A stretch of DNA of 64,000 nucleotides, taken from Candidatus Saccharimonadales bacterium. Lineage in GTDB: Bacteria > Patescibacteriota > Saccharimonadia > Saccharimonadales > UBA4665. This document shows positions 56,238 through 64,000 of the stretch, in pieces. Below the pieces are notes generated by a model. It worked only from the letters and a program-made list of their open reading frames with translations, was not told the DNA's origin and did no database searches. Both the position numbers and the translations under genes were made by a program. The stretch lies in contig DATIIP010000033.1 in the NCBI GenBank assembly GCA_035479475.1, forward strand, positions 2,449 to 66,448, in the 5' to 3' direction. Within the stretch, counting starts at the first letter, position 1. Each line of letters starts with the position of its first letter.

Positions 56238-56978
56238 TTAAAAATGCAACCGGCGCATCAGGCTGTCGGTTGCATTAAATTTGAGATGCTCAAATGGCAG
56301 GAAGCTGCTCAAAAAGTTGATAACCGGCTCTTGAACATCAGGTACCACGTAAACGGTGAGTGGCGGCATAAAGCGTTTGAGCGGCATAAAGACGATGCTC
56401 ACTATGGTGTCTTCCTGGGCAATCGAGAATGTCTTAAAATCTCGAAAATCGTACCGCTTGCTGCCGATTTGTATGCCGTTGCGAGAAACTCGATACTCCT
56501 GCGTCTTTGGCCGCCGCGTGGCATAGAGCCCCAAACCAAAGGTTACCAAAAGTATCACGACAACCGAGAACTTATCTTTTGTTAGAAGGTAGATGAGTGC
56601 GGCAAACATAGATCCACCGAACGCCAGAGCTACATACCAACCCACGGTCTTGTGGTGCTCCACGAATTCAGCCGCAGTCCAGCTGATATCCGACTGCTGT
56701 ACCGGGTCGCCAGTTGCCCCTAGCGCTTCCACTGAATCGGTGTGGTACGCCCAGCCGGCCACAGGCGTTTCATCAGACGTCGTGGAAACTGCAACCTCAG
56801 TCTCTACAGCAGCCGGTTGCTGGAGAGCGGTGTTGGTTTCGGGTGCCGCCAAAGGAGCAGGTGTAGTTTCGGGATTTTCGGTCGGCACTGGCCGCTCAGG
56901 CTCGGGAATACCACCAGCAGGCGGCTTGGGGGTCTCGCTACGCGAAACGACAAGCGAGTCAGGCTGATCATTGTTCAT
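56238..56978 (-). CDS. Hypothetical membrane protein (Pro-rich N-terminus, two TM, possible bacterial PH-like C-domain)
   Basis: ORF and hydrophobicity pattern only. Confidence 0.6.
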   Translation of the reverse strand: MNNDQPDSLVVSRSETPKPPAGGIPEPERPVPTENPETTPAPLAAPETNTALQQPAAVETEVAVSTTSDETPVAGWAYHTDSVEALGATGDPVQQSDISWTAAEFVEHHKTVGWYVALAFGGSMFAALIYLLTKDKFSVVVILLVTFGLGLYATRRPKTQEYRVSRNGIQIGSKRYDFRDFKTFSIAQEDTIVSIVFMPLKRFMPPLTVYVVPDVQEPVINFLSSFLPFEHLKFNATDSLMRRLHF

Positions 56979-57069
56979 AAGCGTATTGTACTACATATCA
57001 AACGTGATGGTCGTGAACACAAAAAACCCAAAAATAAAACAGCCTGCCATAAGACAGACTGTTTTATTT

Positions 57070-57162
57070 TGGCGGAGAGAGAGGGATTCGAACCCTCGCA
57101 GGGACTCGCGCCCCTCTAACGATTTAGCAAACCGTCCCCTTCAGCCACTTGGGTACCTCTCC
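57070..57162 (-). tRNA. tRNA-Ser (anticodon GCT), CCA encoded
   Basis: 'GGAGAGGTACCCAAGTGGCTGAAGGGGACGGTTTGCTAAATCGT...GGTTCGAATCCCTCTCTCTCCGCCA'. Confidence 0.9.
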
Positions 57163-57315
57163 TTAAACTTGAGACACCCATTTCATGGGCTTCTCAATGC
57201 GCGGGGCCTTGGCAAAGCCAAGGTCTCCGGCTGCTCTTCCCGGCCAGTGGTAAGCCGTTTCCTTAAGCAATGGAAACTATTTTAACAGATAGTTTTCTCT
57301 GTTAAAACGGTTTTT
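57163..57315. ncRNA. Structured 153-nt spacer between two tRNA-Ser genes; candidate small RNA, family unassigned
   Basis: Several strong hairpins (GGCCTTGGC-aaa-GCCAAGGTC; GTTTCC-N9-GGAAAC; TTTTAACAGA-N8-TCTGTTAAAA). No ORF. Confidence 0.25.
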
Positions 57316-57405
57316 TGGCGGAGAGAGTGGGATTCGAACCCACGGTACCCTTGCGGGCACGACGGTTTTCAAGACCGTTACCTTCAACCGCTCGGTCATC
57401 TCTCC
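57316..57405 (-). tRNA. tRNA-Ser (anticodon TGA), CCA encoded
   Basis: 'GGAGAGATGACCGAGCGGTTGAAGGTAACGGTCTTGAAAACCGT...GGTTCGAATCCCACTCTCTCCGCCA'. Confidence 0.9.
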
Positions 57406-57435
57406 ACGCATAGCTAGGCGCTTAGAACAGAGGTG

Positions 57436-57444
57436 ATTATAGCA
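57436..57444 (-). promoter_or_regulatory. Extended -10 box (TGcTATAAT) about 30 nt upstream of tRNA-Ser(TGA)
   Basis: The minus strand reads 'TGCTATAAT'. Confidence 0.4.
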
Positions 57445-57461
57445 GCCAGCCCCAAAAAAGC

Positions 57462-58133
57462 CTAGGCCTGGGCAAAGACAATGGCATCAACGCGAGCAGC
57501 GCCGGCACGCCGCAACACGCGGGCAGCAGCCTCCAGCGTGGCACCGGTGGTGAGGACGTCATCGATCAATATAATGTGGCGACCGCGAATTTCGTTGACT
57601 TGCACAGGCCGAAAAGCTGCTTGCAGCTGTTCGAGCCGCTGACTGCGGCGCGATCCCACCTGATGCGCTTGACCGACGCGGCGGAGCACTATGCGGCGAG
57701 GTGTATTCGTCAACCGTGAAACCTCACGGGCGAGCAAGGCCGCGTGATCGTAACCGCGCGCACGAACTCGGGACGTAGCGGTTGGAACGGGTACTAGCAC
57801 CGCGTCGCCCGAAAAGCCAGCCAGTTGTCTGGCAAGCAAAAGTGCTATTTCAGCGACGCCCGCCTGCGCCCGCTCATATTTCATGCGGTGAATCAGCTCT
57901 TTAGCCAAGCCACGATATTGGACACACGCCATAACCTGATGTAGGGGGGTGTCCTTTCGACAATCGGCGCAAACTGCACCATCATTAGTCGCGGTTCTAC
58001 ACCGATAGCACCGAGAGGGAACAGGCTGAAGCAACTGCAAGCAATTTGCGCAAAGTAATCGGTCATCTTCGCTGCCACATCCCAAACAGATATGGGGTGC
58101 AATCAAGCGGACCAGCCTCTCTAAAATGCTCAT
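57462..58133 (-). CDS. comFC: ComF-family protein (ComFC-like phosphoribosyltransferase)
   Basis: N-terminal Cys clusters 'CLGCGS...CANC...CYRC...CADC' and the PRT motif 'ILIDDVLTTGAT'. Confidence 0.85.
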   Translation of the reverse strand: MSILERLVRLIAPHICLGCGSEDDRLLCANCLQLLQPVPSRCYRCRTATNDGAVCADCRKDTPLHQVMACVQYRGLAKELIHRMKYERAQAGVAEIALLLARQLAGFSGDAVLVPVPTATSRVRARGYDHAALLAREVSRLTNTPRRIVLRRVGQAHQVGSRRSQRLEQLQAAFRPVQVNEIRGRHIILIDDVLTTGATLEAAARVLRRAGAARVDAIVFAQA

Positions 58134-58171
58134 GTTGTATTTAATCCGTTGTAAATATGTATATCGTGGGC

Positions 58172-58201
58172 TTGCACGGTGTTATAAATTTCAGCTATAC
58201 T
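58172..58201 (+). promoter_or_regulatory. Candidate promoter for hsp20
   Basis: TTGCAC - 18 nt - TATACT; leaves a 5' UTR of about 75 nt. Confidence 0.35.
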
Positions 58202-58284
58202 GACTTTAACACAAAAAGGCAAGAAGCAACGTTAAGCCCCGCATCAAAAGAGCAGGGCGGAGGGTAACAACAGGTATATTTGAT

Positions 58285-58779
58285 ATGGCGCGACGTAACC
58301 GCGACGATGACCTACTACTGGAAGAAGACGAGCTGACTGCAGCATTTTTGGGTGACGATGATGGCGTAGTAGCTGCAGCGAGCGACGACCCGACTGCCAC
58401 ACAGCCGGCCACTATAACTGGCACCGACGAGTGGGATGAAGACGAAACGGTACTACCCGGCCAACTAGCTGTTGACGTTTATGAGACCAAGGAAAAGCTA
58501 GTCGTCAAAGCCCGCACCGCAGGTGTTAATAAGGGCGACCTAGACGTTAGCATTGCCGATAATACGCTCAGTATTCACGGTACGCTTTCTGCTGGCACCG
58601 ATGACGCGGTTGAGAATTACTTTGTGCAAGAGTGCTACTGGGGCGAGTTTAGCCGCAGCATTGCTTTGCCGGTCCCCGTCAAGGAAGAGGACATTGAAGC
58701 TGTGCTGAAGGACGGCGTACTGACCATCAGCTTTACCAAGGTCAAACAAGACACCGTTAAGAAGATCCAGGTCATTTAG
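58285..58779 (+). CDS. Hsp20/alpha-crystallin small heat-shock protein
   Basis: 'VDVYETKEKLVVKARTAGVNKGDLDVSI.DNTLSIHG...FSRSIALPVPV...AVLKDGVLTISF'. Confidence 0.92.
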   Translation: MARRNRDDDLLLEEDELTAAFLGDDDGVVAAASDDPTATQPATITGTDEWDEDETVLPGQLAVDVYETKEKLVVKARTAGVNKGDLDVSIADNTLSIHGTLSAGTDDAVENYFVQECYWGEFSRSIALPVPVKEEDIEAVLKDGVLTISFTKVKQDTVKKIQVI

Positions 58780-58801
58780 CCTCTTGGCAAGAACTGGCTA
58801 C

Positions 58802-58833
58802 AATCACCCTACAGGTTAGTAGGGTGATTTTTA
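58802..58833 (+). terminator. Rho-independent terminator of hsp20
   Basis: 'AATCACCCTAC aggtta GTAGGGTGATT TTT'. Confidence 0.8.
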
Positions 58834-58839
58834 TGCAAC

Positions 58840-58868
58840 AAAAAGCCCTTCTTTGCGAAGGGCTTTTT
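58840..58868. terminator. Bidirectional terminator at the end of the pilin-like operon
   Basis: 'AAAAAGCCCTTC tttgc GAAGGGCTTTTT'. Confidence 0.8.
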
Positions 58869-58894
58869 GCAGTCAAGCAGATTGCGATCTTGTA

Positions 58895-59311
58895 CTAAGG
58901 ACTCTGGGTTACACGGTTTAGAACGAACTGAACAATAAACTGTGCCAGCGCGACTACCACCAGGCCAATGAGGGCGTAGATGATAGTGTTTTTGGCACTT
59001 GATATATTGCTGCTTTCGCCACCTGAGGTAATGTAGCGGAAACCACCGACAATGATCATGATAACCGATACGACACCAACGACAAGCGAGAAGATGTTGA
59101 TGACGGTAGTAATGATGCTGTTGATTTTGTCGGTACCATTTGAGGTTGTGGAACAACCAGAAGTGTCACTAACACTCAAATTAGCTCCCTGACAAAGGTT
59201 ATCTTGAATGCTGGGAGCAGCTGACACAAGAGCAGGGACCGCTATTGGCACAGCGATAAGCGATACGGCGCTCACTAGGCCAACAACGAAGTTCTTAAGA
59301 TTCTTAAGCAT
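58895..59311 (-). CDS. T4SS-pilin-like small protein, paralog 6 of 6 (last in operon)
   Basis: Signal peptide, Cys pair 'CQGANLSVSDTSGC', core 'VVSVIMIIVGGFRYITSGGESSNISSAKNTIIYALIGLVVVALAQFIVQFV'. Confidence 0.8.
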   Translation of the reverse strand: MLKNLKNFVVGLVSAVSLIAVPIAVPALVSAAPSIQDNLCQGANLSVSDTSGCSTTSNGTDKINSIITTVINIFSLVVGVVSVIMIIVGGFRYITSGGESSNISSAKNTIIYALIGLVVVALAQFIVQFVLNRVTQSP

Positions 59312-59360
59312 ATAGCGTAGGTTCCTTCCTTTTTTGCTAGTACTTACTTGATTTATACCA

Positions 59361-59885
59361 TTAACTTAATGGGGATTTCAAGATATAGCGCTGATCAATG
59401 ACAGCGAATTCATTAATGCGTACCAAATTGGCGCCAACTTTAACACATTTATTCTTGTCGTTCAGGGTCTGGCCACTCGGGCAATCCGGTGCATTGACCT
59501 TGCCGAGTACAAACTGAACGATGACTTGGGCGAGCGCCACAATAACGAGCCCAACAATAGCATAGATCATGGTGTTCTTGGCGCTCGCAATCGCACTACT
59601 CTCACCACGAGAAGTTACATATTTAAAACCCGCCACAATGATCATGATAACGGACGCAATGGCGACGACGACACTCAGTAAGTTGATGATGACAGTTATA
59701 ACGTGGTCTATAGAAATGCCGTTACTTGGCTGCTGAGAACAGTCCGCATTACTGCCAAGCGCCGTACAGACGGTTGATTTCGGCGTTGCCGCCGCGACTG
59801 ACATGGGCGCTAACAAGCCACCAATACCCAGCCCTAGCAGCAGCGTAGTTAGTATGATCCCAATTCGCTTCATAATCTTCCTCAT
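59361..59885 (-). CDS. T4SS-pilin-like small protein, paralog 5, with an extra Cys-containing C-terminal extension
   Basis: Core 'IASVIMIIVAGFKYVTSRGESSAIASAKNTMIYAIVGLVIVALAQVIVQFV'. Tail 'CPSGQTLNDKNKC'. Confidence 0.8.
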   Translation of the reverse strand: MRKIMKRIGIILTTLLLGLGIGGLLAPMSVAAATPKSTVCTALGSNADCSQQPSNGISIDHVITVIINLLSVVVAIASVIMIIVAGFKYVTSRGESSAIASAKNTMIYAIVGLVIVALAQVIVQFVLGKVNAPDCPSGQTLNDKNKCVKVGANLVRINEFAVIDQRYILKSPLS

Positions 59886-60295
59886 AATTTACTTACTATC
59901 AGTATTACTGCGCCCTCGGCCACCGCGATAATCACTAGGCCTACCGTTGCACCAATCACCGCCTTGCGAGCACCGGCTGCTTTGTTGGCATCTCCGTTTG
60001 AAGTGACAAACTGAAAACCACCAACAATGATGATAATTACAGCCGCAATGCCGGCCAGGGTGGCAATTACCAGGGAAGCTTTTTTAAGAATACCGTTCGA
60101 CCCGGAAATAGGGTCTCCGGTGCCGGCAGAACAGGCTGTTGAATCACTGGAACCATTACCCGTGGTACAGGCGCAGGCTAAGGGGTTACTCGTAACGTTA
60201 CAGATCTGCCCCGCCGGTGCCGCGCTAACGGTCGCCAGTGGCCCGCTTATGGCAAGCAGTAAAACCAGCAGTAAGCCATACAGAAGTCGCCTCAT
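59882..60295 (-). CDS. T4SS-pilin-like small protein, paralog 4
   Basis: Signal peptide, 'CNVTSNPLACAC...ACS', core 'IIIIVGGFQFVTSNGDANKAAGARKAVIGATVGLVIIAV'. ATGA overlap with paralog 5. Confidence 0.75.
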   Translation of the reverse strand: MRRLLYGLLLVLLLAISGPLATVSAAPAGQICNVTSNPLACACTTGNGSSDSTACSAGTGDPISGSNGILKKASLVIATLAGIAAVIIIIVGGFQFVTSNGDANKAAGARKAVIGATVGLVIIAVAEGAVILIVSKL

Positions 60296-60604
60296 TTATC
60301 CAATTCCTTTCACTACAAATGTCACGATAGAATAAGCGGCCATGGTAACTACCAGACCGACAAGTGCGTACACAATGGTGCTCTTGGCCTGTGCGGTACC
60401 GTTGGGATCGCCGTGAGCCAGGATGTAGCGAAAGCCAGCGATTACTATAATGAGTACGCTGATAGACGCCGTGAAGGCAAAGATGATACCAAGAGCAGTG
60501 GGGATGGTGTTAGTGGTGGTGGTCTGCGGCAGACAGCTGGTATCGATGGGTGCACTGTTCGCGCCACACTCGCCAGCAGCTGCAAATAATCGTGGTATGA
60601 GCAT
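60296..60604 (-). CDS. T4SS-pilin-like small protein, paralog 3 (short N-terminus)
   Basis: 'CGANSAPIDTSC', core 'LIIVIAGFRYILAHGDPNGTAQAKSTIVYALVGLVVTMAAYSIVTFV'. Confidence 0.75.
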   Translation of the reverse strand: MLIPRLFAAAGECGANSAPIDTSCLPQTTTTNTIPTALGIIFAFTASISVLIIVIAGFRYILAHGDPNGTAQAKSTIVYALVGLVVTMAAYSIVTFVVKGIG

Positions 60605-60613
60605 ACTTTATCC

Positions 60614-61027
60614 TCAGCTCGTTCCTAGTTTATGGCCGATGAATGCAACTACCGAGGCAGCTATTAGTGCTATAGCCAGGCCGATCAAGGCATTGATGAT
60701 GGTCTGCTGAGCCTTCTTGGTAGCGTCTGGGGCACCCTGACTGGTCGTGTACTGAACACCACCGGCAATCACATACCCTACCGCTACATAGGCGGCTACT
60801 ATGATTAGATCGTTCAAGATGGCTAAGACAATTAGCAGAATCGCACTGTGTGCGCTGAATATACCTGGTTGTGTACCGTCGCTGACCGGGTCAAAGTTAA
60901 CAATACGACAGGAGCCGCCCTCGTCACGCAGTGTTAGATACTCATCCCAAGGTGCCAGGCCCAAAAACCTGGGCTTGGCGCAGGTTAATGCAAAAGTATT
61001 GAGATAGGGCAGTAGTAGTGAGAGCAT
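60614..61027 (-). CDS. T4SS-pilin-like small protein, paralog 2 (divergent N-terminal region)
   Basis: 'FLGLAPWDEYL', core 'YVIAGGVQYTTSQGAPDATKKAQQTIINALIGLAIALIAASVVAF'. Confidence 0.7.
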   Translation of the reverse strand: MLSLLLPYLNTFALTCAKPRFLGLAPWDEYLTLRDEGGSCRIVNFDPVSDGTQPGIFSAHSAILLIVLAILNDLIIVAAYVAVGYVIAGGVQYTTSQGAPDATKKAQQTIINALIGLAIALIAASVVAFIGHKLGTS

Positions 61028-61048
61028 TATTTTATTCTACTCCTTTCA

Positions 61049-61531
61049 TTAGAACAGATTGCCCCCCGGCACTAAGAACTTGAGCAGGCTGAACAGAAAT
61101 ATAAAGGTAACTAGAGCAATAAGGGCATTGCGAATGCGATTCTTGGCGGCCGTGACTTTCTGCGGATCGCCCCCTGAGCTACCGTACTGGATGCCGCCAT
61201 AGACGATGGATATTACCACCGCCACTCCAACCAAGGCAGCCAAGAAATCAATAAAGGGGTTCAGGTAATTCTTGAACAGGTCACACTGGGAAATATCCGC
61301 ACAGTTTCCTCCATTTGTGCCCGAGCCAACGGCACTACATTGGCTTAGGTTTGCCACCTTGGTGGTGCCATCGGGGCAGGTTACACAAGCCACAGGCTTA
61401 TGGGTAGTGGGGTCGGTGCAAGTTGGAGCGGCAGCAGCGGCTACCTTGAATTGGCTTACCACCAGCGTGGGCGCTAAGATGGAAACAATTAGGGCCAGGC
61501 AAGCAAACGTCAGTTTTAGTTTTTGTGACAT
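61049..61531 (-). CDS. T4SS-pilin-like small protein, paralog 1 (first in operon, Cys-rich head)
   Basis: Signal peptide, seven Cys in 'CTDPTTHKPVACVTCPDG...CSAVG...CADISQC', core 'ISIVYGGIQYGSSGGDPQKVTAAKNRIRNALIALV'. Confidence 0.75.
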   Translation of the reverse strand: MSQKLKLTFACLALIVSILAPTLVVSQFKVAAAAAPTCTDPTTHKPVACVTCPDGTTKVANLSQCSAVGSGTNGGNCADISQCDLFKNYLNPFIDFLAALVGVAVVISIVYGGIQYGSSGGDPQKVTAAKNRIRNALIALVTFIFLFSLLKFLVPGGNLF

Positions 61532-61602
61532 TTGAGACTAACTATACAGCCGTTCCTCTCGGTAATCAAGTTGCTGAGAGGAGGGGATTGGGAGGCGTCG
61601 GG

Positions 61603-64000
61603 GTGCCTTCAAAATTTTATTGAGACCTGATACACTTATGGTGAACGTAGCAAGAAGGCCGATACTTAAGGTGAAACCAAAAAGCAGTGTTAAGCGGTGG
61701 GGTTATTTAGCAATTCTGCTGCTTTTCTTGACCACCACTCTAACTAGTATGGTTAGCTTGTTTATGCCAGCCATTTTGTCGGCGGCGGCAACCGGTGCTC
61801 ACACAATTTATGGTGACAACACTACCTCTTGCGGTGCCTCATTGGCCTTACTTAACCCTGGCGATACGCAAGCCAAAACGGTTTTAGGAACCGGTGTTGG
61901 GGATCCGGCCAGTGAGCTATATAACCTGACCCAGGGCATTTCTGGTGAGAGTGCCGGTGCTATAGCCACATTTAAAGACGTTTACAACAAGCAGGGTGTG
62001 TTAAACCTTGGCTTTGCCGACGCCGGCGGCGGCGCCAACAACTACGTGGCCTGCAACAATTCAATTACGTTTTTCCGTAAGGTTGTAACATCGGACCAGA
62101 ATACATTCTATGGGGTATGGCGGTGTGTTCCACCGGGCGCTACCGGTAGCACGCTGTGCCCTTCGGGCGGCGGGTTAACGTACAAGCTGGTGACTGCCAC
62201 CATCAATCCGAGTGCCAAAACTATGACGTTTAGCTGGCCGGGGGGCAACAATGGGGCGACCACTACAGCCACCATCAACGTGGCCGACCCTGATGGCGAC
62301 TTTGCGAATAGCCAGTATTTTAGCAATGGCGCCAGTGGCGGCACCTCACAAACTGTGGCAACTTGTTTATCAGTTAATCAGCACAATGATATTTCACAGT
62401 GTTTAAAAGGTAAGACAGCACGCTTTGTCGATACGGCACACATATCATTTGATAACGTAAGTTATGTAGCGAGCAGTTGGGGTGGTAATGACATTTATTA
62501 CACTGCCGAAAACGACCCCACCCTTACGAACCTGGGCGCCAAGTTCGATGTAAAAACAAATCATACCGATACCGACCTGAACATCGATGACCCCAGCAAG
62601 ATTAGCGACCTGGCAGACCTGCGCAAAACCCTAGGCGGCGGTTACAGAGCGAGCGTCGAGTACGACATTATTGGGAATAGCGGCACCGTTCCGGTGGATG
62701 CCGGGACGGGCAACACCAGCATCAACCAGGTGGCAAACTATTATTCCAACAGCTCCGACCCCAGTAGCGACTCTATCCAATTAGTGTTCACTAATGGAGC
62801 CGGCACTAACGAGGGTAGATTCTACGGTGTTTACAGCCGGTCTGACGCTACTTCTACGACGTTTACCTATGCAAACGGTGGGTATTCCTGTGGCAGTAGT
62901 GAGAAACCGCGGTTTGTGCTGTCACACAACCCAACTGCTGGAGAGGAAGATGGCAGCCACACGCTTACCGCTACATGGTATATTCAAACTAATAACGCCC
63001 CCTGTGGTGAAGAGGCCATACCTGTCACGATTCTATTGGAGCCGGTGGATGCCATTCCTCCTGCACTCAATGGCACCTGTGCCGCCGGTACCGATGCCAA
63101 CGGCAACTGTACCGGTGATACTGATGTCGCCATTGACTGCGGTACGGGTACACTGAACTGGATTGTCTGTAGAGTAATTGAGGCCGCCCTGGGTACGGTC
63201 GAAAAGCTCGATAACTTCATCATGAACACCCTGGATATTGACGTTAAGCCCATTTTCGATAACGTCGATAGCAACACCTACTACACCGCCTGGAACTCCT
63301 TCCGGGTAATTGCCATCGCTCTGCTGATAGTAGCCGGTCTGATAATGGTTGCCTCACAGGCTCTGGGCTTTGAGTTTCTCGACGCCTACACCATACGAAA
63401 AACCCTGCCGCGCCTGATTGTAGCTATTATTGGCATTTCGCTTTCCTGGCCGCTGATGCGCTACTGCGTCAACCTGTTCGACGCGCTTGGGTTTGATGTT
63501 CGGGCGCTTATATATCATCCGTTCAAAGGGTTGAATAGCCACTTTTCGATCAGCGTCGGTCTATGGTCTATGGTTGGCACTTTTGCGGCTGTGTGGCTGC
63601 TGGGCTGGGCATCGTTAACCTTTGCACTGAGCATCGCCCTGGCTATGTTTATTGGCTTTGTGACGCTGGTAGCCCGCCAGGTTGTCATTATTGTGCTGGT
63701 TATCTTGGCACCGATTGGGATTGCCTGTTACATTTTGCCGAACACTCAGCGGGCGTGGCGTATGTGGCACGAAAACTTCTTGGGTATGCTGCTGCTGTTC
63801 CCGATCATATCGGCTCTGATGGCAGCCTGCGATGTGTTTACAGCCGTGGCATTGAGCCATGGTGGTACTTCTACGGCCATGCTGATGGGGCAGGTTGGTG
63901 GCCTACTAACTCACTTTTCGGCACATCGTTTTCACCTGGTGCTACACAGTTTTGCTAATAACACGGGTGGTTTGGTTGCCAGCGGCACCGCCATTGGCTT
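61603..64000 (+). CDS. VirB6/TrbL-like polytopic membrane protein with a ~560-aa Cys-containing N-terminal ectodomain (3' end outside window; not in the supplied ORF track)
   Basis: Hand translation of frame 1 shows no stop from before 61603 to nt 64000. GTG at 61603 has GGGAGG 7 nt upstream (alternative ATG at 61639). C-terminal TM block includes 'VVIIVLVILAPIGIACYILPNTQRAWRMWHENFLGMLLLFPI'. Confidence 0.75.

Noticed and set aside
57163-57315. Assignment of the tRNA-Ser spacer as SRP (4.5S) RNA
   Set aside because: Only a partial 'GGAAG.AGCAGCC'-like string is present. I could not form the GNRA-capped helix 8 with its symmetric and asymmetric loops, so it is kept only as an unassigned candidate.
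62108-63958. Six short ORFs listed by the track (62108-62344 -, 62794-63156 +, 62984-63277 -, 63354-63542 -, 63563-63958 +, 63615-63860 -)
   Set aside because: They all lie inside the long frame-1 ORF (61603 to beyond 64000) that I translated by hand without finding a stop. That ORF has coherent signal, ectodomain and TM-block architecture.

Overview
Densely coding 64-kb chromosomal segment (about 90% coding, mid-50s % GC by eye, standard genetic code: TGA, TAA and TAG all act as stops). No rRNA genes, CRISPR array, transposase or integrase were seen. Recognisable housekeeping genes: dnaG-rpoD, ddl, orn, msrB, mscL, argS, an OmpR-type two-component pair, archaeal-type PGI/PMI, tatA-tatC, CIRCE-controlled groES-groEL, a MurE-type ligase, tsaD, valS, comFC, hsp20 and four tRNAs (three Ser, one Arg). 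The gene content includes a class-E-like sortase, a SipW/TasA-like pair, arrays of small T4SS-pilin-like proteins, GtrA with polytopic envelope proteins, and almost no biosynthetic genes. This suggests a small-genome monoderm bacterium, plausibly Patescibacteria/CPR (Saccharimonadia-like); that placement is inference only. Main accessory content: (1) At 58.9-64.0 kb, six tandem paralogous pilin-like genes are divergently paired with a long VirB6/TrbL-like ORF. This ORF is absent from the supplied ORF track because it runs off the window end. (2) A 2265-aa RHS/YD-repeat polymorphic-toxin-like protein carries three PA14 domains and a short C-terminal module, and is followed by a small membrane protein (candidate immunity) and a start-less ORF. 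(3) A SipW-like signal peptidase has a C-terminus that is a paralogous copy of the N-terminus of the adjacent TasA-like protein. (4) A 1057-aa orphan membrane protein with a His-rich domain. (5) An envelope-glycan cluster including a polytopic-membrane::PIG-L deacetylase fusion. Smaller observations: a DnaG zinc-binding domain lacking all four Zn ligands; a 46-codon ORF exactly filling the groES-groEL spacer; two tandem CIRCE operators; LSNTG/LANTG sorting signals; a recurrent -10 box 7-9 nt upstream of start codons (leaderless-type); a tRNA-Arg with anticodon GCG; and a structured 153-nt spacer between two tRNA-Ser genes. All family assignments come from motif recognition by eye; no searches were run.
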